64,000 nt of DNA. Source: Deltaproteobacteria bacterium. Lineage in GTDB: Bacteria > Myxococcota_A > Polyangia > Polyangiales > Houyiibacteriaceae. Below are positions 40,273 to 51,676 of this stretch, one piece after another. A program made the translations under genes and the position numbers. Numbering within the stretch: the first letter of the stretch is position 1; every line of letters begins with the position of its first letter. A model generated the notes under the pieces. It did no database searches. It was not told where the DNA came from and worked only from the letters and a program-made list of their open reading frames with translations. The stretch spans positions 87,878-151,877 of the forward strand of contig JAXMNT010000013.1 in assembly GCA_034670305.1 (NCBI GenBank), given 5' to 3'.

Positions 40273-42443
40273 CCAGCGAGCTCGCCAAACCGCGCACGCT
40301 TCTCCCGACGCCTTGGTTCTCGACCGGCGAATGGTCCAAGTCCACGACGGCAGCGGCGTGCCTGCTGGCGGCGTGCGGCGTGATCGGGGTGTTCGCGAGC
40401 TACGCGCGCGAGCTCAGTGGGCAGTGGTCGGTGCCGCTCGACGACACGTTCATCCACTTCCAATACGCGCGCTCCATCGCGGAAGGCCACCCGTTCGCGT
40501 ACCACGCGGGGCAGCCGCCTTCGTCCGGCGCCTCGTCGATCGCGTGGGCGGTGCTGCTCTCCATTCCGTACGCGCTCGGTGCCAAGGGGGCGGCGCTCTT
40601 GTGGGCGGACTGGATCCTCTCCGCCTTCGCGATCGGCGGCCTGCTGTTTCTCGCCCGTCGAGTCGGGGATCTGTCGACGACCAACCACCCCGAGGTGTGG
40701 CGAACCCGCGCGTGGGGACCGGTGGTATTGCTCGCCTGGGGGTGGCTCGGCTGGCACGCGTCCTCCGGCATGGAGGTCGCGCTCACCGCATGTGTGGTGA
40801 TGGGCGTGTGGTGGACGCTCCTCGGCTGGCTCGGTGCGCCCGGCGGTCGAACGCGCGGACGGGCGTGGCGGGCGGCGGCGCTCGGCGGTGTGCTGCCCTT
40901 CGTACGTCCCGAGCTCGCGCCGATGTCGGCCGCCATCGGGTTCGCGCTCTTCGTCTGGCCTCCGCACGCATGGAGAGCGACTCGGTCGGGATCACTCGCG
41001 CGCGTGCACTCCTGGATGCGCCGGGCGTTGCCCGCGGGCGTCGCAGTGATCGGCGTCGTCTGCGTGCCGCTGTTCTGGTGGGCGATGACTGGCAGCGCGC
41101 GCACGAACGGTGCGACCAACAAACTCATCTTCGCATTGCCCTACCTCGACGCAGAGCGGCTCGAACACTGGGGTGGTCTGAACGCGACCAAGCTGTGGGA
41201 CTACCTGAGCGGGACCGGCGACACGTCGTTCCTGCCGCCTTACGCGGTGCCGATGCTCCTCGCAGTCGGCGCCATCTACGCGTGGCGGGTGCGCCGAGGG
41301 GTGTGGCTCCCGCTCGCCGCGACGTGCGCGACCATTCTCGCGACCACCACCTCCACCCACTTCGACAGCCACCGATTCCGCTACATGGTGCCGCTCTTGC
41401 CACCGCTGTTGATCCTCGCCGTGCACGGCGCCTGGTGGCTCGGCGCACGGTTCGCGTCGACCCGCGCGCGTTTGCACCACACCGCCGCACACGCGCTCGG
41501 CGACCTCGTCGCGTTCGCGTTCTGCGCAGCGCTCGCCTGGACGACCTGGCCCGAAGCGCGCAGCCACTTCGGACGGGCCGCCGCCGAGATCGTGCAGCAG
41601 CACCACGCGATGGCCCGCGAACTCCGAGGACTGCCGGACGACGCGATCGTCGCGATCAACGACGCAGGCGTACTCGCGTACGAAGGCGGCCACCCGACCT
41701 TCGACGTGGTGGGGCTCACGACCAACCACGCGACCACCTACTACATGGACGGCGGCGGCTCCGAACACGAGATGTTCGAGAGCCTCGAACCCGCAGACCG
41801 CCCCACCCACTTCGTCGTCTATCCGCGCTGGTGGCGCGCGCGGCACTTCCTCGGCCGGCGGCTCGCGTCGTTCCAAGTGCCGGAGCCGACCGCGATTGTG
41901 GGTGGCGCCGAGATGACGCTCTTCGAGTCCAGCTTCGACGGACTCGACCGCGGCGACGCGCCGAGAACGGTGGCCTTCCGCGGGGAAGGCGGTGCGCTGC
42001 ACGGGCTGCGTCGCATCGACTCCATCGACGTGGCGGACACACTCGACGAACGCCGCCACGGATACCGCGCCGAGCCCTGGCGCTGGGTCGACAACATTCT
42101 GGTCACCGAACCGGCCGCCGAGGGACTGCTGCGGGATGGAGGCCGAACCGTGCTGCAGCGAGAGTGGTTTCGCATCGGCGGCACGCCTGGTCGCGCGCTG
42201 ACGCTGGTGCTCCGGGGCCGCGCCTCGGAGGGTGGGGGACTTCGGCTGTACGTGCGGAGCGAGGGCGCGCCGGACGCCCACCGTGGCGCGCCGATCGCCA
42301 CGGTGGAGACCGAACCCGGACCACAGATGCAGGAGTGGCTCTTCGTCGTGCCCGAAGACCAAGTCGCGCGCGAGAACGAGTTCGTCGTCGAACGAACCGG
42401 TCCGCCGATCACCAGCCTTCACTGGTGGAGCTACGGCCCATGA
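40269..42443 (+). CDS. GT-C-fold membrane glycosyltransferase-like protein
   Basis: PLDDTFIHFQYAR after the first TM, SGME, RPE, FRY..P, DAG.LAY..D.VGL. Confidence 0.8.
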   Translation: MTSELAKPRTLLPTPWFSTGEWSKSTTAAACLLAACGVIGVFASYARELSGQWSVPLDDTFIHFQYARSIAEGHPFAYHAGQPPSSGASSIAWAVLLSIPYALGAKGAALLWADWILSAFAIGGLLFLARRVGDLSTTNHPEVWRTRAWGPVVLLAWGWLGWHASSGMEVALTACVVMGVWWTLLGWLGAPGGRTRGRAWRAAALGGVLPFVRPELAPMSAAIGFALFVWPPHAWRATRSGSLARVHSWMRRALPAGVAVIGVVCVPLFWWAMTGSARTNGATNKLIFALPYLDAERLEHWGGLNATKLWDYLSGTGDTSFLPPYAVPMLLAVGAIYAWRVRRGVWLPLAATCATILATTTSTHFDSHRFRYMVPLLPPLLILAVHGAWWLGARFASTRARLHHTAAHALGDLVAFAFCAALAWTTWPEARSHFGRAAAEIVQQHHAMARELRGLPDDAIVAINDAGVLAYEGGHPTFDVVGLTTNHATTYYMDGGGSEHEMFESLEPADRPTHFVVYPRWWRARHFLGRRLASFQVPEPTAIVGGAEMTLFESSFDGLDRGDAPRTVAFRGEGGALHGLRRIDSIDVADTLDERRHGYRAEPWRWVDNILVTEPAAEGLLRDGGRTVLQREWFRIGGTPGRALTLVLRGRASEGGGLRLYVRSEGAPDAHRGAPIATVETEPGPQMQEWLFVVPEDQVARENEFVVERTGPPITSLHWWSYGP

Positions 42444-42513
42444 ACCGGCGCGTGGAGCTACGGCCCGCACACCGCTGCGCGACGCGGCCCAGTCGGGACG
42501 GGCTCGGGTTGGC

Positions 42514-43323
42514 TCACTGAGTCCAGTCGCGCGCGGTGTCGATCGCCACCTCGAACGCCGCCGGCAACTCCCCGACAACGACTGAGAGTCCGATGAGCGC
42601 CGCGGCGAGACCGACCGCCGCACGCAGTGGCATGCCGGCGAAGAACACCGGGACCTGCGGCACGCTGCGCGCGACCAGACCCAGGCCCGCCTCCACCACG
42701 ACGATGCTGACGGCCGCGGGCGCTGCGATGGACGCCGCGAACGCGAGCGCCGAGCCGGTGAGCCGCGCGGCACCCCAGACGATCTCGTCCGCGCGCGCGG
42801 CCAGATCGATGCTGCCGGGCGGTGCGACCACCAGCCCTTCCGCGAACGCGGCCAGCGCGAACCGGTGGCCTCCAAGCGAGACGAACACCGCGATGCCCAT
42901 CAGCAAATAGAGGTCGCCGAGTGGGCTCGTGCGTTCGCCGGTGGGCGGCGCGATGACCTCGGCCAGACTCGCGCCGCGCCAGGTGTCGGTCAGGCGTCCG
43001 GCCCAGTCGAGCGCGTAGAACGGGACCGCCGTCGCGACGGCGAAGAGTGTGCCGACCATCGCTTCACGCAGCACCCACACCGCGAACGTGACGCCGTGCG
43101 TGGCCTCGAGGGCTTCGGGATCGATGCGTCCCATGCACAGCGGCGCGAAGGCAAACGTCAGCGCGACCACCACGCCCGACCGGATCACCACCGGGGTCTT
43201 GGCCAACATCAGCCAAGGAGCGAACAACGTGAGCGGCGCCACCCTGGCCGCGACGAGTGCACCCGCGGAGAGCCAGCGTTCGACGTTCGCCCATCCGCCG
43301 AGCCATTCGACCAGAACCTCCAC
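42514..43323 (-). CDS. fliR: FliR/SctT export-gate protein
   Basis: ARV....APW, E..VG......P..A...AG...D...G, GGH, GLVARSVPQV.VF...P. Confidence 0.9.
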   Translation of the reverse strand: MEVLVEWLGGWANVERWLSAGALVAARVAPLTLFAPWLMLAKTPVVIRSGVVVALTFAFAPLCMGRIDPEALEATHGVTFAVWVLREAMVGTLFAVATAVPFYALDWAGRLTDTWRGASLAEVIAPPTGERTSPLGDLYLLMGIAVFVSLGGHRFALAAFAEGLVVAPPGSIDLAARADEIVWGAARLTGSALAFAASIAAPAAVSIVVVEAGLGLVARSVPQVPVFFAGMPLRAAVGLAAALIGLSVVVGELPAAFEVAIDTARDWTQ

Positions 43324-43336
43324 GCCTCGAGACGGC

Positions 43337-43606
43337 CTAGTGGACGAGCTCGGGGATGGCCATCCAGAGCGAGTCCGTGAATCGGATCAGCTGCCCGCCC
43401 ATCCATCCACCACCGACCACGAGCGCGATGCCCACGGCGACCAGCTTCGGAACGAAGCTCAAGGTCTGCTCTTGGATCTGCGTGACCGCTTGCATGAGCC
43501 CCACGATCAGCCCGACGGCCAGGGACACGAGGAGCGCCGGCGCGCTGACCAGCAGCACCAGGTAGAGTGTCTCGGCGGTCAGGCGGGTGAGTTCGGCGTC
43601 GTCCAC
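43337..43606 (-). CDS. fliQ: FliQ/SctS export-gate protein
   Basis: VGLIVGLMQAVTQIQEQTLSFVPK. Confidence 0.95.
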   Translation of the reverse strand: MDDAELTRLTAETLYLVLLVSAPALLVSLAVGLIVGLMQAVTQIQEQTLSFVPKLVAVGIALVVGGGWMGGQLIRFTDSLWMAIPELVH

Positions 43607-43623
43607 GGAGGCAACCTACCTGC

Positions 43624-43920
43624 TCAGCGCAGAAAACGGACCAGAAAGAAGACCGCGGTCCCGAGCACCCCAGCAGCGAGCAACGTCACGACCCAGCCCA
43701 TCGGTCCGCTCATGCCACCCGTCGACGCATGCTTCGGCGACGGGTTGGACGAGCCAGCCGCGCCAAGGTCGATCTGAACGCTGCCCCCTGCTCCGGTGCC
43801 GGCGGTGGCGGGCGGTTTGGGCTCGTGCAGCCCATCGAGCCCGAGCTCCTGGAGCGAATCGCCGTCCCACATCGCGGTGGGCTCGTCCGCCGCGTGCATC
43901 GAGTCGTCGTCGTGGCTCAC
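43624..43920 (-). CDS. Small tail-anchored acidic protein
   Basis: Acidic N-terminus (DEPTAMWD), single C-terminal TM followed by RFLR; GTG start inferred. Confidence 0.6.
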   Translation of the reverse strand: MSHDDDSMHAADEPTAMWDGDSLQELGLDGLHEPKPPATAGTGAGGSVQIDLGAAGSSNPSPKHASTGGMSGPMGWVVTLLAAGVLGTAVFFLVRFLR

Positions 43921-43990
43921 GCCCGGATGATTGCAGAACACGGGCGCGCGGGCCAGACCGGGCTCGGGGGCAGCCGTCCCCCGATTGGGA

Positions 43991-45613
<1,623 letters not shown>

Positions 45614-45693
45614 TCGGAGGGGCCACCACTATACCCGATCTTTGCCCAACGGGCGCCCCGATCGGGATGCATCCTGGATCGGGTCCGTGCTCC

Positions 45694-47172
45694 TTAGAGC
45701 AATCCCATCAGGTGATCTTTGATCCCCTGTCGGGTTTCTTCATCGGGCGCTGCGCTCAAGGCGCGCTCCCACATCTCGACCGCTTTGTGTTTGAACCCCG
45801 CGCGCTGGTACAGGACCGCCAAGTTCTTCAGGGCCGAGAAATTGCGGGACTGGAGGTCGACGGCGGTTTCCAGCTCGTGGATCGCTTCGAAGACGTCGTC
45901 CCGGCGGCCGCAGAGCAGGCCGAGGTGGTAGTGCAGCTGGAACGAGAGCGGGTCGACGGCGATGCCCCGGCGAAGTTGCTCGATCGCCCCGTCCAAATCC
46001 CCATCGCGGTACGCCTGCATGCCGGATTCGAGGATGTCGCTCGCCTCCTGGCTGAGAAGATCATCGGTGTTCGGCACTTCGCTGGTCCGGCCCTCGAGCG
46101 CACGCTCGACGTGGGCCAGGACGTCGCCGATCTTGAACGGCTTCTCGAGGAACGCCTCGACCCCGTAGGAACTCTTCAGATCCTCGGCCACACGCCACCC
46201 GCGGTAGATCGCGCTGACCATGATGATCGGGATGTGCCCGTACCGCTTGCTGCCTTTGATCCGTCGGCAGATGTCGAACCCGTGGACCTCGGGCAGCATC
46301 GCGTCGAGCAAGATCACGTCGGGCGCCTCGTCTCGGACCTTCTGCAGCGCTTCGAGCCCCTTCGAAGCCTCGACGACCAGGTAGCCCTTCTGAGTCATGA
46401 CCCGGACCAGCAGCCGGCGGATGTCGTCCTCGTCATCGACCACGAGGATCTTGGGCTTCTCCGGCCGCTCTCTCGGTGCGCGCGGGAGGGGCGCCACCTG
46501 CGAGCCAAACGGTTCGTGCGCGCTGCCGCTGCTTCTCGAACCGCTGGTTCGGGCGGCGAGGTCGTCGATGCCGAGCTCGTCTTCTGGCGGCGGTGGAATG
46601 CTCGGGTCACGCACGATGCCTGCCGGTTCGCTCTGCCGTGCCGGCGCCGTCGAAGGCGCAGGCCCCTGACGCTCGAGTCCCAGCGACGCCAGGTACTCCG
46701 GCGGCACCTCGGCTCCGATGTAGTGCGCTTCCCCCCGCTCGCCGAGCCGGTACGCCTCGCGGATCACCGTGACGAGCGTGTGGTGGAGCGCGACGTACGG
46801 GAACACTCGGCGGCCGGTGACGAACTCGATCTCGTCGATGACCCGCCGGTCGGCGGGGTCGGCCATCGCGAGGAAGATCCGGTCCTCCTTCACGAGGATC
46901 GGCAAGATCAAGTGCTGCCGGGCGATCTCTTCCGGGATCAGCTCGAGGTTCTCGAGCGGGATGACCACCTGAGCCAGATCGATGCCCGGCAGACCGTGCT
47001 GCTCGGAGAGGGCCTTGAGCAGATCCTTGCCGGCGACCTTGCCGCTCTTCTCGGCGGTCGACGCCAAGCGGCTGCCGAGCCGCTGCTGGTCGGCCAGGAG
47101 CGAGTCCAGCTCCTCCTGCGACACGAGGCGCTGCTTCAGGAGGATCTTACCGAGCTTCTTCTTCTCACCCAT
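45694..47172 (-). CDS. MshEN/GspE-N - receiver - TPR response regulator
   Basis: KLGKILLKQ..LLADQ, LAMADP; ILVVDDE, LLDAMLP, KPF; TPR C-terminus. Confidence 0.88.
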   Translation of the reverse strand: MGEKKKLGKILLKQRLVSQEELDSLLADQQRLGSRLASTAEKSGKVAGKDLLKALSEQHGLPGIDLAQVVIPLENLELIPEEIARQHLILPILVKEDRIFLAMADPADRRVIDEIEFVTGRRVFPYVALHHTLVTVIREAYRLGERGEAHYIGAEVPPEYLASLGLERQGPAPSTAPARQSEPAGIVRDPSIPPPPEDELGIDDLAARTSGSRSSGSAHEPFGSQVAPLPRAPRERPEKPKILVVDDEDDIRRLLVRVMTQKGYLVVEASKGLEALQKVRDEAPDVILLDAMLPEVHGFDICRRIKGSKRYGHIPIIMVSAIYRGWRVAEDLKSSYGVEAFLEKPFKIGDVLAHVERALEGRTSEVPNTDDLLSQEASDILESGMQAYRDGDLDGAIEQLRRGIAVDPLSFQLHYHLGLLCGRRDDVFEAIHELETAVDLQSRNFSALKNLAVLYQRAGFKHKAVEMWERALSAAPDEETRQGIKDHLMGLL

Positions 47173-47450
47173 GGGAGATTGTCGGGAGAACCCCGTGCGT
47201 GGGAGGTCGCGAGAGAGATCGCGCGATACAGCCGACGGAGGAGGTGCGCACCGGTTGGCGAGCATAGCCGGGCCGGTGCCGCCGAACCAAGAACGGAATG
47301 ATCCTCCGCGCCGGTTCGGCCTACAAAGCTACCGTGTCGCAGCGAAATTCCGTGGCTGCCCGCCTTCGTCCGAGCGTCGCGGACATCGACCCGAGAATTT
47401 CGAGGGGACCGCAGCCTTGACGCCCCCGCCCCCCGGGGTATTCGACGGCC

Positions 47451-47945
47451 ATGAAGTACCGGGTGACGATCGAAGGCGAAGAACACGAAGTCGTGGTGCA
47501 GCATCTCCCGAGCGGCGCCATCGAAGTTCAGCTGGACGGCGCACCGTGGCCTGGCGAGGTGCGGGCCATCGCCGGTGGTGTGAGCTTGAAGATCGGTCAC
47601 GAGGTCATCGAGGTGCTCGCGGGCGGCCCGCCCGAGCGGCTCGACTTGGCAGCGGGATCCCTCCGTTCCTCGGCGGTCGTGGAGGGCGCTCGCAGCGCCG
47701 GGCGGAAAAAGCGCGCAAGCGGTGGTGCTTCGAGCAACGAACTGCGCGCCCCGATGCCGGGTCGCATCGTGAAGATTCTCGTGCAATCGGGCGCCACGGT
47801 GGAACCCGGAGACGCGCTCGTGGTCATCGAAGCCATGAAGATGGAGAACGAGTTGCGTGCCGAACGCGCCGGCGAGATCGCGGCCATCGAGGTGAAGGAG
47901 GGCCAGAACGTCGAGGGCAACGCCGTTCTGCTGCGCTTCGCATGA
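47451..47945 (+). CDS. Biotin carboxyl carrier protein
   Basis: APMPG, EAMKMENE. Confidence 0.93.
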   Translation: MKYRVTIEGEEHEVVVQHLPSGAIEVQLDGAPWPGEVRAIAGGVSLKIGHEVIEVLAGGPPERLDLAAGSLRSSAVVEGARSAGRKKRASGGASSNELRAPMPGRIVKILVQSGATVEPGDALVVIEAMKMENELRAERAGEIAAIEVKEGQNVEGNAVLLRFA

Positions 47946-49471
47946 AGCCCGATGCGACCCGCATGCACCCAAATGCGATCCGCATAGACAACGCGCGCTT
48001 CTGGAGCCGCCTCTCGGTTCAAGGCGCGGTGCTGCTGTGCCTCGGGTGCAACCCGCAGCCGGCCGTGGAGGCATCGCACGCTTCCGCGCCGACCGAACGA
48101 CGGCGGGCACCGGACTGGCTGGCGCACCTGCCGACCTGCGCGATGAGCGAAGTCCACCGGCCGCGCGGCACCCACATCGAATACCCGCAGCCCGGCCTCC
48201 CGGCGCTCGTGCCTCGAGGCGGCCGGCTCTCCACCCGAGTCCGCGTGGCCGCACCGCTCACCCCACCCCCCGGCATCCAACAAGAGGCGGCGTTGGCGGG
48301 TTGGCGCGCCGTATTGCTCGGCCGCGGTCACGTGCTCGACCAAGCGGAGCACCGCTACGCCCTGCGGGTCGCCGACGTGCGCCCGGACGGCACCGACTCG
48401 CTCGTGTACCGCGCGAACATCGACGTGCCGCCGTGGGTGGCGCCGGGCACCTACAGCCTCGAACTCGAAGCGCCCGGGTCGACCCCAGCGGTCGCGGTCG
48501 CATCCGTGCGCGTGCACGCGGCGGGGGCACCACCGGTCCTGCGGGTTTTGCCGCCGGAGTTCGCGGAAGGTGTGCAAACGCAGGACGAACTCGCCGCGCG
48601 GCTCGACGGTCTGCGCGACGACGGGGTGGAGATCGATGCCTACCTGGTGGGCCCGGCGACCAAGGCCCGCCTGGGCCGACTGCTCACCCGCCCCACCCTC
48701 GTGGCCGGTGTGCCGTGGCTCGACACCGAGCGGCGCGGCGCGCTGATCCGGATCGACGAAGACGCGTACCTTCGGCTCGGCGGGTGCGACGATCCCTTCG
48801 TGTCGTTCGAGTCCGCCGTCGCCGTGCTGGAGCGGGCCGGCCGCGCGGCGACCGAGATCTTGGAGCCAGTGGTCGACTGGTCCGCTGGGCGGTGGGACGC
48901 ACAAACGTTCCATTCCGGCGCCGAACGGACCGTACGCGTCGTGATCGAGGAAGGCGTGGCGCTCGAGTTTCTAGGCGCGACCGTCGAAGGCTGGTTTCCC
49001 GCTGTCCCCCCACGCCCCTCCGCCCACCGCCCGAGTCTGGTGGCCCTGGTCGCCGTCGCGCCCGGAACGCCGCTTCGGGTTCAGCGGTTGGAGTCTGAGT
49101 CGGCACAGGTCGCGATCGAAGGCCCGAGCACGTTGACGAGCGAATCGGTCGGGCGGTTCGTGGCGGCGGGGGACAGCGGGTTCGACCCGACCGTCACCGT
49201 GTGGAGCTGGGAAGAGGACGGCGCCGCCTATCAAGAAGGGCCGGCCGCTTCCTTCGGCTTCAAGTGGCTGGGGCCGGCGGAGGTCTTTGTCGTGGCCATC
49301 GACCCGAGTGGCCGGGCCGCCCGCGCGTCCAGATCCCTCGAGGTCCAGACCACCCGCCGAAACGGCTGCTCGGTGTCCGGCCCAGGCTCCGCCAGGTCCA
49401 GAAGCCCCCTCCCGTACGCGGGAATGTTGTTCGGAGCGGCGGTTCTTTGCAGAATCGTGTGGAAGCGCTAG
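47942..49471 (+). CDS. Hypothetical exported protein with MYXO-CTERM-like tail
   Basis: ATGA overlap with the BCCP stop; signal-like LLCLGC; C-terminal GCSV..hydrophobic..KR. Confidence 0.6.
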   Translation: MKPDATRMHPNAIRIDNARFWSRLSVQGAVLLCLGCNPQPAVEASHASAPTERRRAPDWLAHLPTCAMSEVHRPRGTHIEYPQPGLPALVPRGGRLSTRVRVAAPLTPPPGIQQEAALAGWRAVLLGRGHVLDQAEHRYALRVADVRPDGTDSLVYRANIDVPPWVAPGTYSLELEAPGSTPAVAVASVRVHAAGAPPVLRVLPPEFAEGVQTQDELAARLDGLRDDGVEIDAYLVGPATKARLGRLLTRPTLVAGVPWLDTERRGALIRIDEDAYLRLGGCDDPFVSFESAVAVLERAGRAATEILEPVVDWSAGRWDAQTFHSGAERTVRVVIEEGVALEFLGATVEGWFPAVPPRPSAHRPSLVALVAVAPGTPLRVQRLESESAQVAIEGPSTLTSESVGRFVAAGDSGFDPTVTVWSWEEDGAAYQEGPAASFGFKWLGPAEVFVVAIDPSGRAARASRSLEVQTTRRNGCSVSGPGSARSRSPLPYAGMLFGAAVLCRIVWKR

Positions 49472-49634
49472 CTAGAAGCGTGAAATCCCGTTTGGCGGGA
49501 ATGCGTCCCCTCGATCCAGCGGTTGGCTCCCTCAGTTTGCCCGCCCCTCGATCGAATGGTGCTCGGTCTCGAATCCCAGTGGCTTCCAGAATCGCAGTGC
49601 TCGATCCAGAATCGCAGTCCCACCCAGGTACTCC

Positions 49635-50159
49635 ATGATCTTCCCCCGCTCCTCCGCATTCGCGACCCTCTTTGCCCTCAGTCTGGGCGTGACCTCCGGG
49701 CTCAGCGGTGGATGCACCACGAACATTCCCAATACGACGGTCGAAGACACCGCCGAGAACCGGGAGATCGTCGCGTTCCTCGAGGAGTACCGGCACGCGC
49801 TCGAAGAGCGGAACGTCGCCCGACTGCTGGAGTTCGCCTCCCCGCGCTACCTGGACGACGTCGGCACGATCGGCACCGACGACGACCTCGACTTCAACAC
49901 CCTGCGCGAGAAACTCGCGAAGTGGCGCGACCGCGTTCACGACGTCCGGTACGAGATCAAGTACCACCGCGTGACCTTTGACCAGAGCCGCATCTACGTG
50001 GAGTTCCGGTACCACGCGAGTTTCCTCGTCACGACCGTCGAAGGCGAAGAGCGCTGGGTGCGTCGCCTGAACGACCACCGGCTCATCCTGACCCGTGAAG
50101 ACGAACGCGAAGGCCACGAGCCGGAAGAGGGTCGCTTCTTCATCCTCTCGGGCATGTAG
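49635..50159 (+). CDS. Lipoprotein, probable NTF2-like fold
   Basis: Lipobox SGGC; helix then beta pattern (YRHALEERN..L..ASPRY.D), ends ILSGM. Confidence 0.75.
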   Translation: MIFPRSSAFATLFALSLGVTSGLSGGCTTNIPNTTVEDTAENREIVAFLEEYRHALEERNVARLLEFASPRYLDDVGTIGTDDDLDFNTLREKLAKWRDRVHDVRYEIKYHRVTFDQSRIYVEFRYHASFLVTTVEGEERWVRRLNDHRLILTREDEREGHEPEEGRFFILSGM

Positions 50160-51323
50160 TTGGGTCGGGCCCCCACCCCACGCCTCCCTCGCTGGGCAGG
50201 CCGCGGCGTCCTGTGGGTCCTGGCGATCGCGCTCGCCTGGGGCCTTGTACCCCGCGACCCGGCGCTCGCCGATCGGCACCACACCGTTCGGTCGGGTCAG
50301 ACCATCGCCGCCATCGCGCGGCGCTACCGGATCGACGTTGACGAGTTGCTCGCCGCGAACCGGCTGAGGCGCTCGTCCACGCTGCGCCCCGGTATGAACC
50401 TGCGGGTCCCCGACCGCGGCGAGATCTACGCCCGACCGGGCGACACCCTCGCGCGGCTGGCTCGACGCCACGACGTGAGTGTCTCGGAGCTCCGCCGCTT
50501 GAACCGGCTTCGCAGCGGTCGCCTGCGCGCCTACCAACGTCTGATCCTCCCGACCTACCTGCCGCCTCAAGAAGAAGCGCGCGACTGGGGTCCGCCCGCC
50601 GATCCTGGGGTGGTCACGTTGATTCGGCGGCGCGGCCACGACGAGCCGGTGCAAGTGCGGCTCGTCGATGAAGGCGGCCGGGTGCTGCGCGAGTCCCTGC
50701 CGATCCTCGGCAGCGTGCTCCGCCGCCAAGACGACGACCCCGTCCGCGATCCGAACCCGCGCCTCGCCCTGCTGCTCGCGCGTCTCAGCGACGCGTTCGG
50801 TGGCCGCCCGATCACGGTCGTCAGTGGATGGCGGGCCGCCCGCGGCTACACCCGCGCCACAAGCCGCCACACCCAAGGACGCGCCGCCGACATCAAGATC
50901 CAAGGCGTCGGCAACCGCACGCTGTGGGAGACCTGCCGCCGACTCGGCGGCGTCGGGTGCGGCTACTACCCCCGCAGCACCTTCGTGCACGTCGACGCGC
51001 GGCTCGCCCGCACCCAGTGGGTCGACTGGTCCCGCCCAGGCAGCCGCCCGCGCTACGGCACCTTGCGCGGACCGACCAACGCCCGCCGCCGCCGCTCGAT
51101 GTCCCGCCCCCGCATGGCCGGAGAAGTCGCGCTCGCCTATTCGATTCTCGAACCCGACGGAACGATCACCGAGGTCGTCGACGAACCCGGCTCGGACGAC
51201 GAAGACGACAACGAAGCGGACGCGAGCGAGAGCGGCGAAGAAGGCGAAGACGAAGCCGAAGACGACGTCAGCCCCTGGGAAGACATCATCCTCCCCTTCC
51301 GCCGCACCCTCCGCGAACTCTGA
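50160..51323 (+). CDS. Two LysM domains plus DUF882/peptidase M15 cell-wall peptidase
   Basis: [45 protein letters not shown]; acidic tail. Confidence 0.88.
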   Translation: MGRAPTPRLPRWAGRGVLWVLAIALAWGLVPRDPALADRHHTVRSGQTIAAIARRYRIDVDELLAANRLRRSSTLRPGMNLRVPDRGEIYARPGDTLARLARRHDVSVSELRRLNRLRSGRLRAYQRLILPTYLPPQEEARDWGPPADPGVVTLIRRRGHDEPVQVRLVDEGGRVLRESLPILGSVLRRQDDDPVRDPNPRLALLLARLSDAFGGRPITVVSGWRAARGYTRATSRHTQGRAADIKIQGVGNRTLWETCRRLGGVGCGYYPRSTFVHVDARLARTQWVDWSRPGSRPRYGTLRGPTNARRRRSMSRPRMAGEVALAYSILEPDGTITEVVDEPGSDDEDDNEADASESGEEGEDEAEDDVSPWEDIILPFRRTLREL

Positions 51324-51325
51324 CG

Positions 51326-51627
51326 CGGCTTCGGGGTCGGCGTCGGCGTCGGCGTCGGCATCGGCTTCGGCTTCGGCTTCGGCTTCGGCTTCGGCTTCGG
51401 CTTCGGCTTCGGATTCGGATTCGGATTCGGCATTGGCTTCCGCATCGGGGTCGGGGTCGGATTCGGATTCGGCATCGGCATCGGCATCGGCATCGGCATC
51501 GGGGTCGGATTCGGATTCGGATTCGGCTACCGCGACCGCTTCCGCTTCCGCCACCGCTACCGCTACCGCGACCGCTACCGCGACCGCTACCGCTACCGCT
51601 ACCGCTCCCTGCTCCCCGCTCCCGCTT
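51326..51627. repeat. Intergenic bipartite hexamer tract
   Basis: (GGCTTC/GGATTC/GGCATC)n then (ACCGCT/TCCGCT)n. Confidence 0.92.
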
Positions 51628-51676
51628 CCACGCCGCTGTTCCCCGCGAGGCGGCGATCCATGCAAACATCCCCGCC

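Noticed and set aside
42514-43606. Flagellar gene cluster
   Set aside because: No other flagellar genes in the window; flagellar versus injectisome origin cannot be settled by eye
50828-51676. Arg-rich N-terminal extension of the NtrC-type regulator
   Set aside because: Read-through of a repeat tract; the receiver domain begins at ATG 51677
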